Made by a program: the position numbers and the translations under genes
Source: Gemmatimonadota bacterium
GTDB taxonomy: Bacteria; Gemmatimonadota; Gemmatimonadetes; Gemmatimonadales; GWC2-71-9
Direction: 5' to 3'
NCBI GenBank assembly: GCA_039586365.1
Contig: JBDHKN010000033.1
Span: 14,638-78,637 of the forward strand
DNA: 64,000 nt
In this document: positions 1-9,727 of the stretch, piece after piece
How positions within the stretch are numbered: position 1 is the stretch's first letter
Layout: every line of letters starts with the position of its first letter
Notes under the pieces: model-generated
The model's database searches: none
Told to the model about the DNA's origin: nothing
The model's input: only the letters and a program-made list of their open reading frames with translations

Positions 1-1
1 T

Positions 2-604
2 CCGGGCAGCAGATACATCGATTTTCTGATACCGGGCCTGATCGGAATGAACATCATGGGTACCGGGTTGTGGGGTGTGGGCTACGGCATCGTTCGCCAG
101 CGCAACCACAAGCTCTTGAAACGGTTGCTGGCATCCCCGATGCGCAAGAGTCAATACATGCTGTCCCATGTGTTGGCGAGAATGGTGTTCCTGGTTGGCG
201 AAGTGGGTGCTGTGCTGCTGTTTGGACACCTGGCGTTCGGCGTTCCTGTACGCGGCTCTCTCCTTTCCATCGCGGCTATCGTGTTCACGGGCGCGTTGAC
301 GTTCTCAGGAATCGGGCTGTTGGTGGCGAGCCGCGCTCGTACCATAGAAGGCGTGTCCGGACTGATGAACCTGGTCATGGTGCCGATGTGGATCTTCTCT
401 GGGATTTTTTTTGCCTATTCCAACTTCCCGGAGGTCTTGCATCCATTCATCGTGGCCATTCCGCTGACTGCTCTCAACGATGCACTGCGAGCGGTGATGC
501 TGGAGGGGACCTCAATCTTCGCTGTCGGCGGACTGCTGGCGATCGTGGCCGGTTGGGGACTTGCCTCTTTTGGTGTGGCGCTGAGGATGTTTAGGTGGGA
601 GTAG
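2..604 (+). CDS. ABC-2 type transporter permease (5' truncated by window edge)
   Basis: The frame is open from position 2 (PGSRYIDFLIPGLIGM...). It is hydrophobic, with ABC-2 motifs 'LKRLLASP', 'SGIFF' and 'PLTALNDALR'. Confidence 0.9.
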   Translation, partial: PGSRYIDFLIPGLIGMNIMGTGLWGVGYGIVRQRNHKLLKRLLASPMRKSQYMLSHVLARMVFLVGEVGAVLLFGHLAFGVPVRGSLLSIAAIVFTGALTFSGIGLLVASRARTIEGVSGLMNLVMVPMWIFSGIFFAYSNFPEVLHPFIVAIPLTALNDALRAVMLEGTSIFAVGGLLAIVAGWGLASFGVALRMFRWE

Positions 605-605
605 G

Positions 606-654
606 GGGAGCAGAGAGCGGGGAGCAGAGAGCGGAGAGCAGAGAGCAGAGAGCA
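606..654 (+). repeat. Tandem heptamer repeat G(G/A)GAGC(A/G) x7
   Basis: GGGAGCA GAGAGCG GGGAGCA GAGAGCG GAGAGCA GAGAGCA GAGAGCA, directly after the TAG at 604. Confidence 0.9.
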
Positions 655-672
655 GATCACGGGGTGCATTGC

Positions 673-749
673 CTGACAGCTGACAGCTGTCAGTTGATAA
701 CAGATGGCTGTTGGCTGATAGCTGTTCGCTGTTGGCTGCCAGCTGTTGC
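673..749 (+). repeat. Degenerate tandem heptamer repeat CTG(A/T)(C/T)(A/G)G x11
   Basis: CTGACAG CTGACAG CTGTCAG TTGATAA CAGATGG CTGTTGG CTGATAG CTGTTCG CTGTTGG CTGCCAG CTGTTGC. Confidence 0.85.
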
Positions 750-772
750 CGACCGCCAAAGGAGCACGCGAC

Positions 773-1129
773 ATGGGTTCCAAGCTAAGCACTCGCGCTC
801 AGATGAAACTCGCTGCCCTCGAAGAGGCAAGACGGAAATGGGACAGAGTACATCATCTGGTCGAGATGGTCGCGATACAGAAGGTTGGGCAGGATATGTA
901 CCTCACCCAGATACGACGGGCCTCCGAGGATGTGGGCCGCGTTTTTCTCAACAACGGCTACGGTCCACTGGCGGATGGTGCCAAGCAGATGGCTCTACTG
1001 GTGCGGAGGGGCGGGACTATACAGTCCAAAGTGCGCTCGATGAGAGAGCAGGTCGGCAGTGTACGAGCAGGCATTGAGCGGGCTGAAAAGGCGGTCATCA
1101 CTGAGGACCAGGCGCCACCCAGCGACTAA
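773..1129 (+). CDS. Hypothetical small helical protein (118 aa)
   Basis: ATG at 773 preceded by an AAAGGAG RBS. The sequence has an amphipathic helical pattern and converges with the hydrolase gene. Confidence 0.7.
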   Translation: MGSKLSTRAQMKLAALEEARRKWDRVHHLVEMVAIQKVGQDMYLTQIRRASEDVGRVFLNNGYGPLADGAKQMALLVRRGGTIQSKVRSMREQVGSVRAGIERAEKAVITEDQAPPSD

Positions 1130-1995
1130 CGCTGCAGCAGATCCTGTACTGAGCGCACCACCTCTGCACCATGTGTCAGCGGTAGGGCGTGTCCCGCACC
1201 GGCTATCAGACGCAACTCGGCGCCGGGGATTCCGGCGGTGAGTTCTCGCGCTGCAGCAGTATCGAACAGTGTGTCCTCGGTGCCATGGACGACAACTGTC
1301 GGAACTGCGACACTCGCCAGGCCTTCTCTCACATCGAATCCTTCCATTGCCAACCGGTAGGATCGCATGGCTCGCCAGTCCGTGTTGCGCCAGCCGGCCA
1401 AGTCCAGTTCCAGGTCTGATCGTATCGTCAGGGTGCGGAAGTTGACGGGATCACTGTCCAGGCTGCCGCAGATCAAGTTCTTCACCGAGCGCGTTACGAA
1501 AGGTCGGTTCCACCACGGCATGGCTGCACCGGCACGCACTCGTATGTCCCACCCCCCCAGCTTGAACAGTCGCAGATTCAGATTGTGGTACATCGGGCCT
1601 GCTGTCGTGGAGATGAGCACCAGGCCATCGATCCGTGCCAGGCCGTCACCGCCGTGCAGAATCAACCAGCGGAGAGCCAGCATCCCGCCGAAACTGTGGG
1701 CGATCACTAGTCGAGTGTCTGCCCGCCAGTCGTCACAACCCTGCAGCAAGTCATCGAGCAACGCCGCGTAGAAGTCCATCCGCTGCTCGAGCAGTTGCGG
1801 ACTCGACCCGTCCGGTCCCACGGCCAGGCGGGAGAAATCCGCCGTCACGGTGGGCATCACCAGGTCGGGGAACACGGTCTCGTTCAGCGTCATGCCCGGC
1901 AGCAGCAAGGCGACAGGCGTCCCCAGCACGCTACGGAACCCTCCAATCTGGGTGGTCAGGATCCAGCGGGGATCGCCGTGAAACTTACTCAGCAC
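1126..1995 (-). CDS. Alpha/beta fold hydrolase
   Basis: Nucleophile elbow AHSFGG, 'VVVHGTEDTL' (Asp) and 'GAGHAL' (His). Start position uncertain. Confidence 0.85.
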   Translation of the reverse strand: MLSKFHGDPRWILTTQIGGFRSVLGTPVALLLPGMTLNETVFPDLVMPTVTADFSRLAVGPDGSSPQLLEQRMDFYAALLDDLLQGCDDWRADTRLVIAHSFGGMLALRWLILHGGDGLARIDGLVLISTTAGPMYHNLNLRLFKLGGWDIRVRAGAAMPWWNRPFVTRSVKNLICGSLDSDPVNFRTLTIRSDLELDLAGWRNTDWRAMRSYRLAMEGFDVREGLASVAVPTVVVHGTEDTLFDTAAARELTAGIPGAELRLIAGAGHALPLTHGAEVVRSVQDLLQR

Positions 1996-2008
1996 CGACC
2001 CCGTAGGT

Positions 2009-2049
2009 TAACGGTGTTAGGTTAACGCCGTTAGGTTGACAACGTTAAC
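2009..2049. promoter_or_regulatory. Three tandem TAAC-N3-GTTA palindromes at 14-bp period; probable TetR operator array
   Basis: TAACGGTGTTA (2009-2019), TAACGCCGTTA (2023-2033) and TGACAACGTTA (2037-2047), with TTGACA at 2036-2041. Lies in the divergent gap upstream of tetR. Confidence 0.7.
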
Positions 2050-2092
2050 TTCGCATGCACAGCCTATCTAATCCTTTATACGGCAACGCTTT

Positions 2093-2794
2093 ATGACGGT
2101 AGTTGAGAAGGACCAGGACCGGGCCGAACCAGCCCATGGCGAGACGGCCATATTGGAGGCAGCCCGCGATCTGTTGGTGAACCGTGGGGTAGATGGCCTT
2201 TCGATGCGGCAGGTTGCCGAGCAGGTCGGTGTTAGTGCGACGGCCATCTACCACTACTTCAGCGGCAAGCAGGATCTGGTCAACCGGGTTGTGCTCAGGG
2301 CGTTTGAACGGTTTGGCAGCTATCTCAGAGATGCCATGGCCCAGCACCCGGAGGGATCCATCGAGCGGATTGAGGCTCTGGGCTACGCCTATCTGCGGTT
2401 TGCCCTGGAGAACCAGGAGTACTACCGGGTCATGTTCCACATCCATCCCGAGCAACGCGACAGTCTTGAAGCATTGCCTGACGGGGGCGGTTACGATCTG
2501 CTGCGTCAGGCGGTGGTTGATGCCGTTGCGGCGGGAACAATTCGAGGCCAGCGTGGGTCCGGTGATGCGGATCTCACGCTGTCACAGGATGCATATCCAG
2601 ACACACTGGCCATGTATCTCTGGAGCACGGTGCATGGGCTTGTGACGTTGGCTCTCTGTGGTGCAACCGACCACTGTAACATCGGAGGACCGGCATCCGT
2701 GTTCAGTCTATACGAGGCGTTCACTCCATTCATAGCCGAAGGTATCGTGGTACCTCAGCACGGCAATGAGGCGAAAAAGGAGAGCAACCAGTGA
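2093..2794 (+). CDS. TetR/AcrR family regulator (WHG-type C-terminal domain)
   Basis: HTH 'LSMRQVAEQVGVSATAIYHYF' and C-terminal 'LWSTVHGLVTL'. Confidence 0.92.
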   Translation: MTVVEKDQDRAEPAHGETAILEAARDLLVNRGVDGLSMRQVAEQVGVSATAIYHYFSGKQDLVNRVVLRAFERFGSYLRDAMAQHPEGSIERIEALGYAYLRFALENQEYYRVMFHIHPEQRDSLEALPDGGGYDLLRQAVVDAVAAGTIRGQRGSGDADLTLSQDAYPDTLAMYLWSTVHGLVTLALCGATDHCNIGGPASVFSLYEAFTPFIAEGIVVPQHGNEAKKESNQ

Positions 2795-4284
2795 TCGTGA
2801 AGTTGAACAACGTGAAGCAGGGGATGCGGGTGACCCTGGCGGCTGCAGGGTGGATGGCTTTGGTGGTTGTCGAGTCGGTCGCGCAATCCCCTGAGGAAGC
2901 GGAGGTCTACTCCCTCGCTCGAGCGCTCAATGTTGCACTGGCCAACAGCCAAACGCTGATCGACACCGAAATGGATCTCGCAGTGGCGAAGCAGCAGGTG
3001 CGCGAGGCCTGGTCGAGCATGCTACCCGACGTTAGGGTCACGGCATCGTACACGCGCAACATGTTGACGCAGCAGATATTCCTGCCCGCTTTCTTCTTTG
3101 ACCGGAACGCGGCACCGGACGAAGTCCGGGCTGTGGAGATAGGCCAGGACAACAGCTGGCAGGCGACCGTGAATGCTTCTCAGCCTCTCTTCGAGTACCC
3201 TGTGCTTGTAGGCCTTGGCGCGGCAGATCGATTCAGAGAACTGCAGGAGGAGCGAGTTAGGGGCACGGGCCAGCAGGTGGTGACCAATGTGAGGTTGGCG
3301 TATTTCGGCGTGCTCCTCGCCCAGGAGAACGTGCGCCTCACCGAGGAGAGCATAGAACGGGTGCGGCAGACCCTGCAAGAGACGGAGGCGCTGAACCGAG
3401 CGGGCATGGCGAGCAACTATGATGTGCTGTTGCTCGAGGTGCAGCTGTCGAATCTCACGACCAACCTCAGCCGTGCGACATATGACCTGGCGGCGGCTAA
3501 GCGAACGTTACTCGTCGAGATGGGACTCGATCCCAGCACGCCGGTTGAGCTTGAGGGGCGGCTCAATGAAGTGGATCTGCTTGACATGAGCAGGAACACT
3601 CCTGAGAATGACGCCTTGCTCAGAGTCTCAGGCATGACCGTTTCAGAAGACACGGATCTGGATCAACTGATGCGGGTGGCGCTGGTGCGGCGCACCGATT
3701 TACGGCAGATCCGAGCCTCTATCGTACTAGAAGAGGCTCGGCTGCAATTGCAGAGGGGCGAGTACTTTCCCAAGTTGAGCCTGTTCTCCAACTACAATAT
3801 CACTGCGCAGCAGGACGGCAGTCCGGTCTTCTTTGGAGATAACCCTAACCAGCGCACGAAGCTGGCAGCTGCTGGGATCCAAGTGGAGATCCCGATCTTC
3901 ACAGGATTCTCGCGAGACGCCAGAGTGCAGCAATCCAAGGCTCTGGTCCGTCAAAACGAGGCTCGGCTGGATCTGCTCGAGCGGGAGACTGCGAACCAGC
4001 TGCGCACTATGATGGACAACGTGTTGGAAGCGCACCAGCGGGCGGAGAGCCAGCGGCAAACCGTAGCACAGGCACAGCGTGGTTTCGAGATTGCGTCGGC
4101 AGAATACAACGCGGGGATCGGGTCGCGGCTGCAGACCACTGAAGCCGAGTTGGTGCTCCGTCAATCAGAATTCAACTATGCGCAAGCTGTGTATGATTAC
4201 CTGGCAGCACGCGCCAACCTCGAAGCTGTGGTGGGAACCGTTCCGGAAGAGGCGGGCAGTTTCGCGGCACAGTATGGTGGATGA
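2791..4284 (+). CDS. TolC family outer membrane efflux protein
   Basis: Signal peptide and two OEP repeats ('YFPKLSL', 'IPIFTG', 'YNAGIGSRL'). First gene of the OMF-MFP-RND operon. Confidence 0.9.
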   Translation: MIVKLNNVKQGMRVTLAAAGWMALVVVESVAQSPEEAEVYSLARALNVALANSQTLIDTEMDLAVAKQQVREAWSSMLPDVRVTASYTRNMLTQQIFLPAFFFDRNAAPDEVRAVEIGQDNSWQATVNASQPLFEYPVLVGLGAADRFRELQEERVRGTGQQVVTNVRLAYFGVLLAQENVRLTEESIERVRQTLQETEALNRAGMASNYDVLLLEVQLSNLTTNLSRATYDLAAAKRTLLVEMGLDPSTPVELEGRLNEVDLLDMSRNTPENDALLRVSGMTVSEDTDLDQLMRVALVRRTDLRQIRASIVLEEARLQLQRGEYFPKLSLFSNYNITAQQDGSPVFFGDNPNQRTKLAAAGIQVEIPIFTGFSRDARVQQSKALVRQNEARLDLLERETANQLRTMMDNVLEAHQRAESQRQTVAQAQRGFEIASAEYNAGIGSRLQTTEAELVLRQSEFNYAQAVYDYLAARANLEAVVGTVPEEAGSFAAQYGG

Positions 4285-5423
4285 CCATGGGAACAAAGTC
4301 ACGAGGCCGGATTCAATTGGAGCCGCAAAGCATGCGAGCGAATGTACTCATAGCTGTCCTCACCGTCGGGGCCATGACTGCGGGTTGTTCACGGGCCGCA
4401 GGCGACGCCGCTGACGGATCAGCTCAGGAACAACTCGACGTTCGAGTGGTGAACGTGGAGGTTACCCCTGTCGAACTCTCCGAGTTCACCGCTTTCATAC
4501 GCGTGACCGGCGAGGTCGAAGCTCTCAACGACGTGACCGTCTCGGCGGAGGAAAGCGGACGGATAATAGAGTTCTTGGCGCAGAAGGGCGATCGCGTCGA
4601 AGCAGGTGAGCCTGTTGCCAGGCTGGAGGACGACTTCCTGTCTGCGCAGGTGGCAGAAGCGAGCGCCGCTGCGGAGTTGGCTCATGAGGAATGGGAGCGA
4701 CAGCGCAACCTCTGGGAGGAGGACAGCGTCGGCACCGAACTGATGTATCTGCAGCGCAAGTACCAAGCGGATATTGCGGCCGCGAGACTAGCTCAACTCC
4801 AATCGCGCCTCGAACGCACGATAATCCGTGCACCGGTCGACGGTCTGTTTGATGACCGCTTTCTGGAGTCGGGCGAGGTGGCTGTCGTCGGAGCGCCGGT
4901 ATTCCGGGTGGTTGCCATCAGCAGAGTGAAGGTCACCGCTGGGGTACCGGAGCGTTATGCCCGTGCAGTGAGACGAGGTGACGTCGCAATCGTCAGTTTT
5001 GACATCTTCCCGGGTCGCGAATTCACCGGCCGCGTCAACTTCGTTGGCGCCAGCGTCGATTTGGCTAATCGCACATTCCCGATAGAGATAGTCCTGAACA
5101 ATCCTGAAGGCATCATGAAGCCCGCGATGGTGGCCAACCTACAGGTGCAGCGCGAGCAGCTGTCAGATGCGATCGTGATTCCTCAGAACGTGGTCCTGCG
5201 TTCAGCAGATGGGTACAAGGTGTTTGTGGTGGAGTCACGTGACGGTGGAGACTTCGCCAAGGCCCGTGCTGTGGAGCTCGGGCCGGCTTCGGGTAATGAC
5301 GTCGTGGTCGAGCAGGGTCTCGATGTTGGTGACTTGTTGATCACAGTGGGTCATCAGTTAGTAGACGACGAGAGCCGGGTTCGGATAGTGAGCGAGCAAT
5401 ATTCTGTAGCAGGGGAGAACTGA
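4281..5423 (+). CDS. RND efflux periplasmic adaptor (MFP), lipoprotein
   Basis: Lipobox TAGC, 'KGDRVEAGEPVARL', 'IRAPVDG', 'NRTFPIEI'. True start may be ATG 4332. Confidence 0.9.
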   Translation: MTMGTKSRGRIQLEPQSMRANVLIAVLTVGAMTAGCSRAAGDAADGSAQEQLDVRVVNVEVTPVELSEFTAFIRVTGEVEALNDVTVSAEESGRIIEFLAQKGDRVEAGEPVARLEDDFLSAQVAEASAAAELAHEEWERQRNLWEEDSVGTELMYLQRKYQADIAAARLAQLQSRLERTIIRAPVDGLFDDRFLESGEVAVVGAPVFRVVAISRVKVTAGVPERYARAVRRGDVAIVSFDIFPGREFTGRVNFVGASVDLANRTFPIEIVLNNPEGIMKPAMVANLQVQREQLSDAIVIPQNVVLRSADGYKVFVVESRDGGDFAKARAVELGPASGNDVVVEQGLDVGDLLITVGHQLVDDESRVRIVSEQYSVAGEN

Positions 5424-5424
5424 G

Positions 5425-8400
5425 ATGGCGCGGCAGGAAGGTCACGGGATCTTCAAGGAGTTCAAACTCACATCCCTCGCAGTGAACCATCCGACCAGCG
5501 TGTTGGTGTTGACCGTCATCATCATTCTGTCGGGGTTGTCGGGATACGTGTCGATCCCAAGGGAGTCGAGTCCGGAGATTACGATTCCGTTCATTGTCGT
5601 TCAGACGGTGTACCCTGGAGTAGCTCCCAAAGACATCGAGACATTGCTGACCCGGCCCATTGAAGACGAGCTGAACTCCATCGCTGACGTGAAGACCATC
5701 ACGTCTCAGTCGGTGGAGGGTTACTCGGTGATAAACGTCGAGTTCAATGCAGGCGTCGACATGACGGATGCCAAGCAGGAAGTCCGTGAGAAGGTGGACC
5801 TGGCGAAATCGGAGCTGCCGGAAGCCGCCGAAGATCCCCAGGTCATTGAACTCAACTTCTCCGAGTTTCCGATCATGCAGGTCAATGTATCGGGGGACTA
5901 CGATCTGGTACGCCTCAGGGACGTGGCGGAAGATCTGCAGGACCGGCTGGAGCAGATTCCGATGGTTCTCGAGGTGTCACTGGCTGGTGGTCTAGATCGG
6001 GAGGTCCAGGTCGATGTGGACCTGGCGAAGCTCCAGTTCTACGGGCTCGCCTTTGACGACGTGATTGGTGCGATCCAAGCGGAGAACATCACGGTACCCG
6101 GCGGTTCAATTGACGTGGGTGATATGAAGTACTTGGTCCGCGTGCCGGGTGAATTCGAAGCCACTGCGCCTATTGCCGATATCGTTGTCGACACCCGCAA
6201 GGGACGCGCGATCTATGTGCGAGACGTTGCCACAGTCGATTTCGGCTTCAAGGAACGTGATAGCTTCGCGCGGCTCGACGGAAGACCCGTGGTGACATTG
6301 AGCGTCTCCAAGCGGAGCGGTGAGAACATCATCGCCACTGCCGACGAGGTTCGGACCGCGATCGCCGCCATGGAACCGGAGCTGCCACCGGGTACCGTGG
6401 TGAAGATCACATCGGACCAGTCTGAGGATATTCACCAGATGGTGAGCAGCCTGGAGAACAACATCATCTCCGGGTTGATCCTCGTGGTGGGAGTGTTGCT
6501 CTTCGTGCTCGGTGTGCGCACCGCTTCCTTCGTTGGCACCGCGATCCCACTGTCGATGCTGATGTCATTCAGCGTCATGCAGCTGGTCGGGATCACCCTG
6601 AACTTCGTGGTGCTGTTCAGCCTCATCCTGGCGCTCGGGATGCTGGTGGACAACGGGATTGTAGTGGTGGAGAACATCTACCGTTTCAGGGAGCGCGGTT
6701 ACGACCGGGTTGCTGCGGCTAAGCTTGGCACCGGAGAGGTAGCGGTCCCAATTATCGCCTCGACTGCCACGACCCTCGCGGCCTTTGCCCCTATGGCGTT
6801 CTGGCCCGGAATCATCGGTGAGTTCATGAAGTACCTGCCGCTCACTTTGATAATCACGCTGAGTTCTTCGCTGTTTGTGGCGCTGGTGATCAACCCGGTG
6901 TTCTGCTCGCTGTGGTTGAACACCGAAGACGCTCCCTCCACCGAGCTGCCACGGGCAACCAAGCGGGTACTGATTGGTGCCACTGTCCTGGCAGTCTTGA
7001 TCGGCCTGGCCAGCGGCTGGCTCCCCACGCTGCTCCTAGTCCTGACGGCTGTACTGCTGCGTGTGCTCTACCAGCGTGTCTTGCGCCCGACTGGGCACTG
7101 GTTGATGACGCAGGGCATGCCGCAGGCCATACGGTTGTATGAGGGACAGTTGCGGTGGGCACTCAAGCACAGGTTCCTGATGCTGTCCGGGGCCGGTGCC
7201 CTCCTGGTGTTGGTTGTGATGGTTTTTGGCGTCCTCAACGCTGGAATCGAGTTCTTCCCGGAAGACATTCCGCCTTCGACAGCGTTCGTCCAGGTAGAGG
7301 CCCCCTTGGGCACCGGGCTAGAGCAGACCGACCAAATCGTGTACAGGATAGAGCAGGCGGTAGCAGATGTTCTGGGGCAGGGGGACGTGAAGTCGGTCGT
7401 AGCAACCGTGGGCCAGAGCACCAGCGGGTTCGCGGGAGGTAGGGGTACGCACCTCGCAACGGTGACCGTCACTTTCATCGACTATGAAGACAGAGCGAGG
7501 GACGCATCCGACGCCTTGGAGGACTTGCGTCAGCGACTAGAGGGGGAAATCGCCGGAGCCGAAGTTTCGGTGGAGTTGTTGGAAGAGGGACCACCGACCG
7601 GGCTGCCAGTCAACATCGAGATCGCGGGCGAGGATCCCGATCTCTTGAAGGATCTCGGTGCGACCGTCGTAGCGAGGCTCGAGCAAGCACCGGTATTCTA
7701 CAAGCTGGACGGTCTGGAAAGCGACATGGAGAACGCCCGTCCCGAGTTGGTGGTGGACGTGGATCGGGAGAAGGCTGCACTGTACGGCCTCAACACGCGA
7801 GACGTCGGTTTCACCGTACGCAGTGCGATCAATGGTTCTGAGGCGTCCAAGTACCGGGATGGCAAAGACGAATACGACATCACGGTGAGGTTGGCGAAAG
7901 AGTACCGTGACAACCTCAGCGCTCTGGGGGACCTCCATGTAGTTGCCGAAGGCGGCATTCAGATCCCGCTATCCTCGATCGCCACGTGGCGGGTGGGCGA
8001 GGGATACGGAGGTGTGAACCGCAAGGACCTCGAGAAGGTGGTGACCGTGTCTTCCGACGTGCGACAAGGGTACAACGCGAACGCAGTGCTCGCCGAGGTG
8101 AAGGGGGAGCTGGGTGAATTCGCAGCCTCGCTGCCTAGCGGGTACCGGATGAGCTATACCGGGCAGCAGCAGGAACAAGAGGAGTCACAGGCTTTCCTGT
8201 TCGGTGTGTTCATCACCGTGGTTCTGTTGATGGGCTTCATCCTCGTGACCCAGTTCGACTCGGTGACGAAGCCGATTATCATATTGAGTTCTGTGGTGCT
8301 TTCCACCATCGGTGTTCTGATAGGTCTGATGTTGTTCCGAATGCCATTTGGGATAATCATGACTGGAGTCGGAGTGATCAGTCTCGCCGGCGTGGTGGTG

Positions 8401-8856
8401 AACAACGCCATAGTGCTGATCGACTACGTTGACACGTTGCGGATCCGGGATGGACTCAGCCGGTTCGAGGCACTCATCAGGGGTGGTAAGACCAGGTTCC
8501 GACCCGTGATTCTCACGGCTGTTACAACCGTTCTGGGTCTGGTGCCGCTGGCGATCGGATTGAACTTCGACTTCATCGGTCTGTACTCGAATCTGAATCC
8601 CGATCCCTACTGGGGCGGCGAAAATGCAGCTTGGTGGGGGCCGATGGCGATCGCCGTGATCGCGGGACTGACGTTTGCCACGTTCCTCACTTTGGTGCTC
8701 GTACCGGTGATGTACGCGCTACTCGACGACCTGGACGCACTCATCGCCCGCTACTTCAAGCCGGCTCGGCTGGACGAAGAAGAGGAGCGGATCGCGCGCG
8801 AGATCGAAGAAGCAATAACTGGTGAGCACCGTTTACCGGAGCCAGCCAGCATATAG
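5425..8856 (+). CDS. RND efflux transporter permease (AcrB/AcrD/AcrF family)
   Basis: 1143 aa with 'GMLVDNGIVVVENIYR', 'VVNNAIVLID' and 'RFRPVILT'. Confidence 0.95.
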   Translation: MARQEGHGIFKEFKLTSLAVNHPTSVLVLTVIIILSGLSGYVSIPRESSPEITIPFIVVQTVYPGVAPKDIETLLTRPIEDELNSIADVKTITSQSVEGYSVINVEFNAGVDMTDAKQEVREKVDLAKSELPEAAEDPQVIELNFSEFPIMQVNVSGDYDLVRLRDVAEDLQDRLEQIPMVLEVSLAGGLDREVQVDVDLAKLQFYGLAFDDVIGAIQAENITVPGGSIDVGDMKYLVRVPGEFEATAPIADIVVDTRKGRAIYVRDVATVDFGFKERDSFARLDGRPVVTLSVSKRSGENIIATADEVRTAIAAMEPELPPGTVVKITSDQSEDIHQMVSSLENNIISGLILVVGVLLFVLGVRTASFVGTAIPLSMLMSFSVMQLVGITLNFVVLFSLILALGMLVDNGIVVVENIYRFRERGYDRVAAAKLGTGEVAVPIIASTATTLAAFAPMAFWPGIIGEFMKYLPLTLIITLSSSLFVALVINPVFCSLWLNTEDAPSTELPRATKRVLIGATVLAVLIGLASGWLPTLLLVLTAVLLRVLYQRVLRPTGHWLMTQGMPQAIRLYEGQLRWALKHRFLMLSGAGALLVLVVMVFGVLNAGIEFFPEDIPPSTAFVQVEAPLGTGLEQTDQIVYRIEQAVADVLGQGDVKSVVATVGQSTSGFAGGRGTHLATVTVTFIDYEDRARDASDALEDLRQRLEGEIAGAEVSVELLEEGPPTGLPVNIEIAGEDPDLLKDLGATVVARLEQAPVFYKLDGLESDMENARPELVVDVDREKAALYGLNTRDVGFTVRSAINGSEASKYRDGKDEYDITVRLAKEYRDNLSALGDLHVVAEGGIQIPLSSIATWRVGEGYGGVNRKDLEKVVTVSSDVRQGYNANAVLAEVKGELGEFAASLPSGYRMSYTGQQQEQEESQAFLFGVFITVVLLMGFILVTQFDSVTKPIIILSSVVLSTIGVLIGLMLFRMPFGIIMTGVGVISLAGVVVNNAIVLIDYVDTLRIRDGLSRFEALIRGGKTRFRPVILTAVTTVLGLVPLAIGLNFDFIGLYSNLNPDPYWGGENAAWWGPMAIAVIAGLTFATFLTLVLVPVMYALLDDLDALIARYFKPARLDEEEERIAREIEEAITGEHRLPEPASI

Positions 8857-9654
8857 CTCTGGCCTGCGGTCGCGCCAGAACAGCGTTCTTGCAGGGGAGG
8901 TGGCACAAGTCGACAGATCCAGTTCCGCCAGGACCAAGTCATCAGCGAGCCGCTTCCCGCGAGCAACTACACCGCCTCGAGGATCCACCACGAAAGACTC
9001 ACCTGCGAAGGTGAGTCTTTCCTCTTCTCCCACCCGGTTACACAAGGCAGCGTAGTAGCCATTCTGAAATGCCGCGGTGCGCACCTCCGCCTCAAATAGG
9101 CCCTCCGGCCATTCGTCCAGCGCACCAGCCTGAGGAATCACGACCAACTCCGCACCGGCCACACCCAGCGCCCGCATGTACTCGGGATAGTGCCGGTCGT
9201 AGCAGATGGCGACTCCAATCCTCCCGACCCGAGTCTCGTAGACGGGTGCCCCTCGATCACCGGCGTGATAGTACTCCCGCTCATGAAAGCACGCATAGTC
9301 GGTGATGTGGACCATGCGAGTAACACCCAACAGCGTACCGTCGGCATCGAATACGGGTGAGGTATCAAAGCGGCGACCGGACTCGTCTCTCTCGTACATG
9401 TTGAATACCGTCACGAGCGACAACTGAGCAGCCTTGGCTGCAATAGCGTCGGCCGTGGGGCCCGGAATGGGTTCGGCCCGGCCCTCAGCAGCCGTATCGT
9501 GCTCATGCTGAGGGAAGAACCGATCTATTGCCAGTTCTGGAAACGCTATCAATTCAGCGCCGGCGTCTTGGGCGCGCTCCATGGCCTCGATTGCTCGGCG
9601 GAGGTTGGCCTGTCGGTTGGGGGCAGCGGATTGCTGGGCAAGTGCCAAACGCAT
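8833..9654 (-). CDS. Carbon-nitrogen hydrolase (nitrilase superfamily; N-carbamoylamino acid amidase-like)
   Basis: 'IAFPELA' (Glu) and 'VAICYDRHYPE' (Cys). The usual catalytic Lys position reads 'RMVHI'. Confidence 0.88.
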   Translation of the reverse strand: MRLALAQQSAAPNRQANLRRAIEAMERAQDAGAELIAFPELAIDRFFPQHEHDTAAEGRAEPIPGPTADAIAAKAAQLSLVTVFNMYERDESGRRFDTSPVFDADGTLLGVTRMVHITDYACFHEREYYHAGDRGAPVYETRVGRIGVAICYDRHYPEYMRALGVAGAELVVIPQAGALDEWPEGLFEAEVRTAAFQNGYYAALCNRVGEEERLTFAGESFVVDPRGGVVARGKRLADDLVLAELDLSTCATSPARTLFWRDRRPELYAGWLR

Positions 9655-9699
9655 GGTGTCTTCCTGTCGTCTGTAAAGCATTGAGCTGAAAAGTGCGTG

Positions 9700-9727
9700 C
9701 CGTCAGCTATCAGCCGTCAGCTGCTAG
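9700..9727 (+). repeat. Heptamer repeat C(C/T)(G/A)TCAG-type x4
   Basis: CCGTCAG CTATCAG CCGTCAG CTGCTAG; same family as 673-749. Confidence 0.65.

Noticed and set aside
606..749. Possible CRISPR array
   Set aside because: The units are contiguous 7-mers with no unique spacers, and there are no cas genes in the window.
595..1077. 160-aa ORF (and antisense 415-792) spanning the heptamer tracts
   Set aside because: The low-complexity translation (AESREQR, LTADS) is just the repeats read through. The RBS-supported gene is 773-1129.
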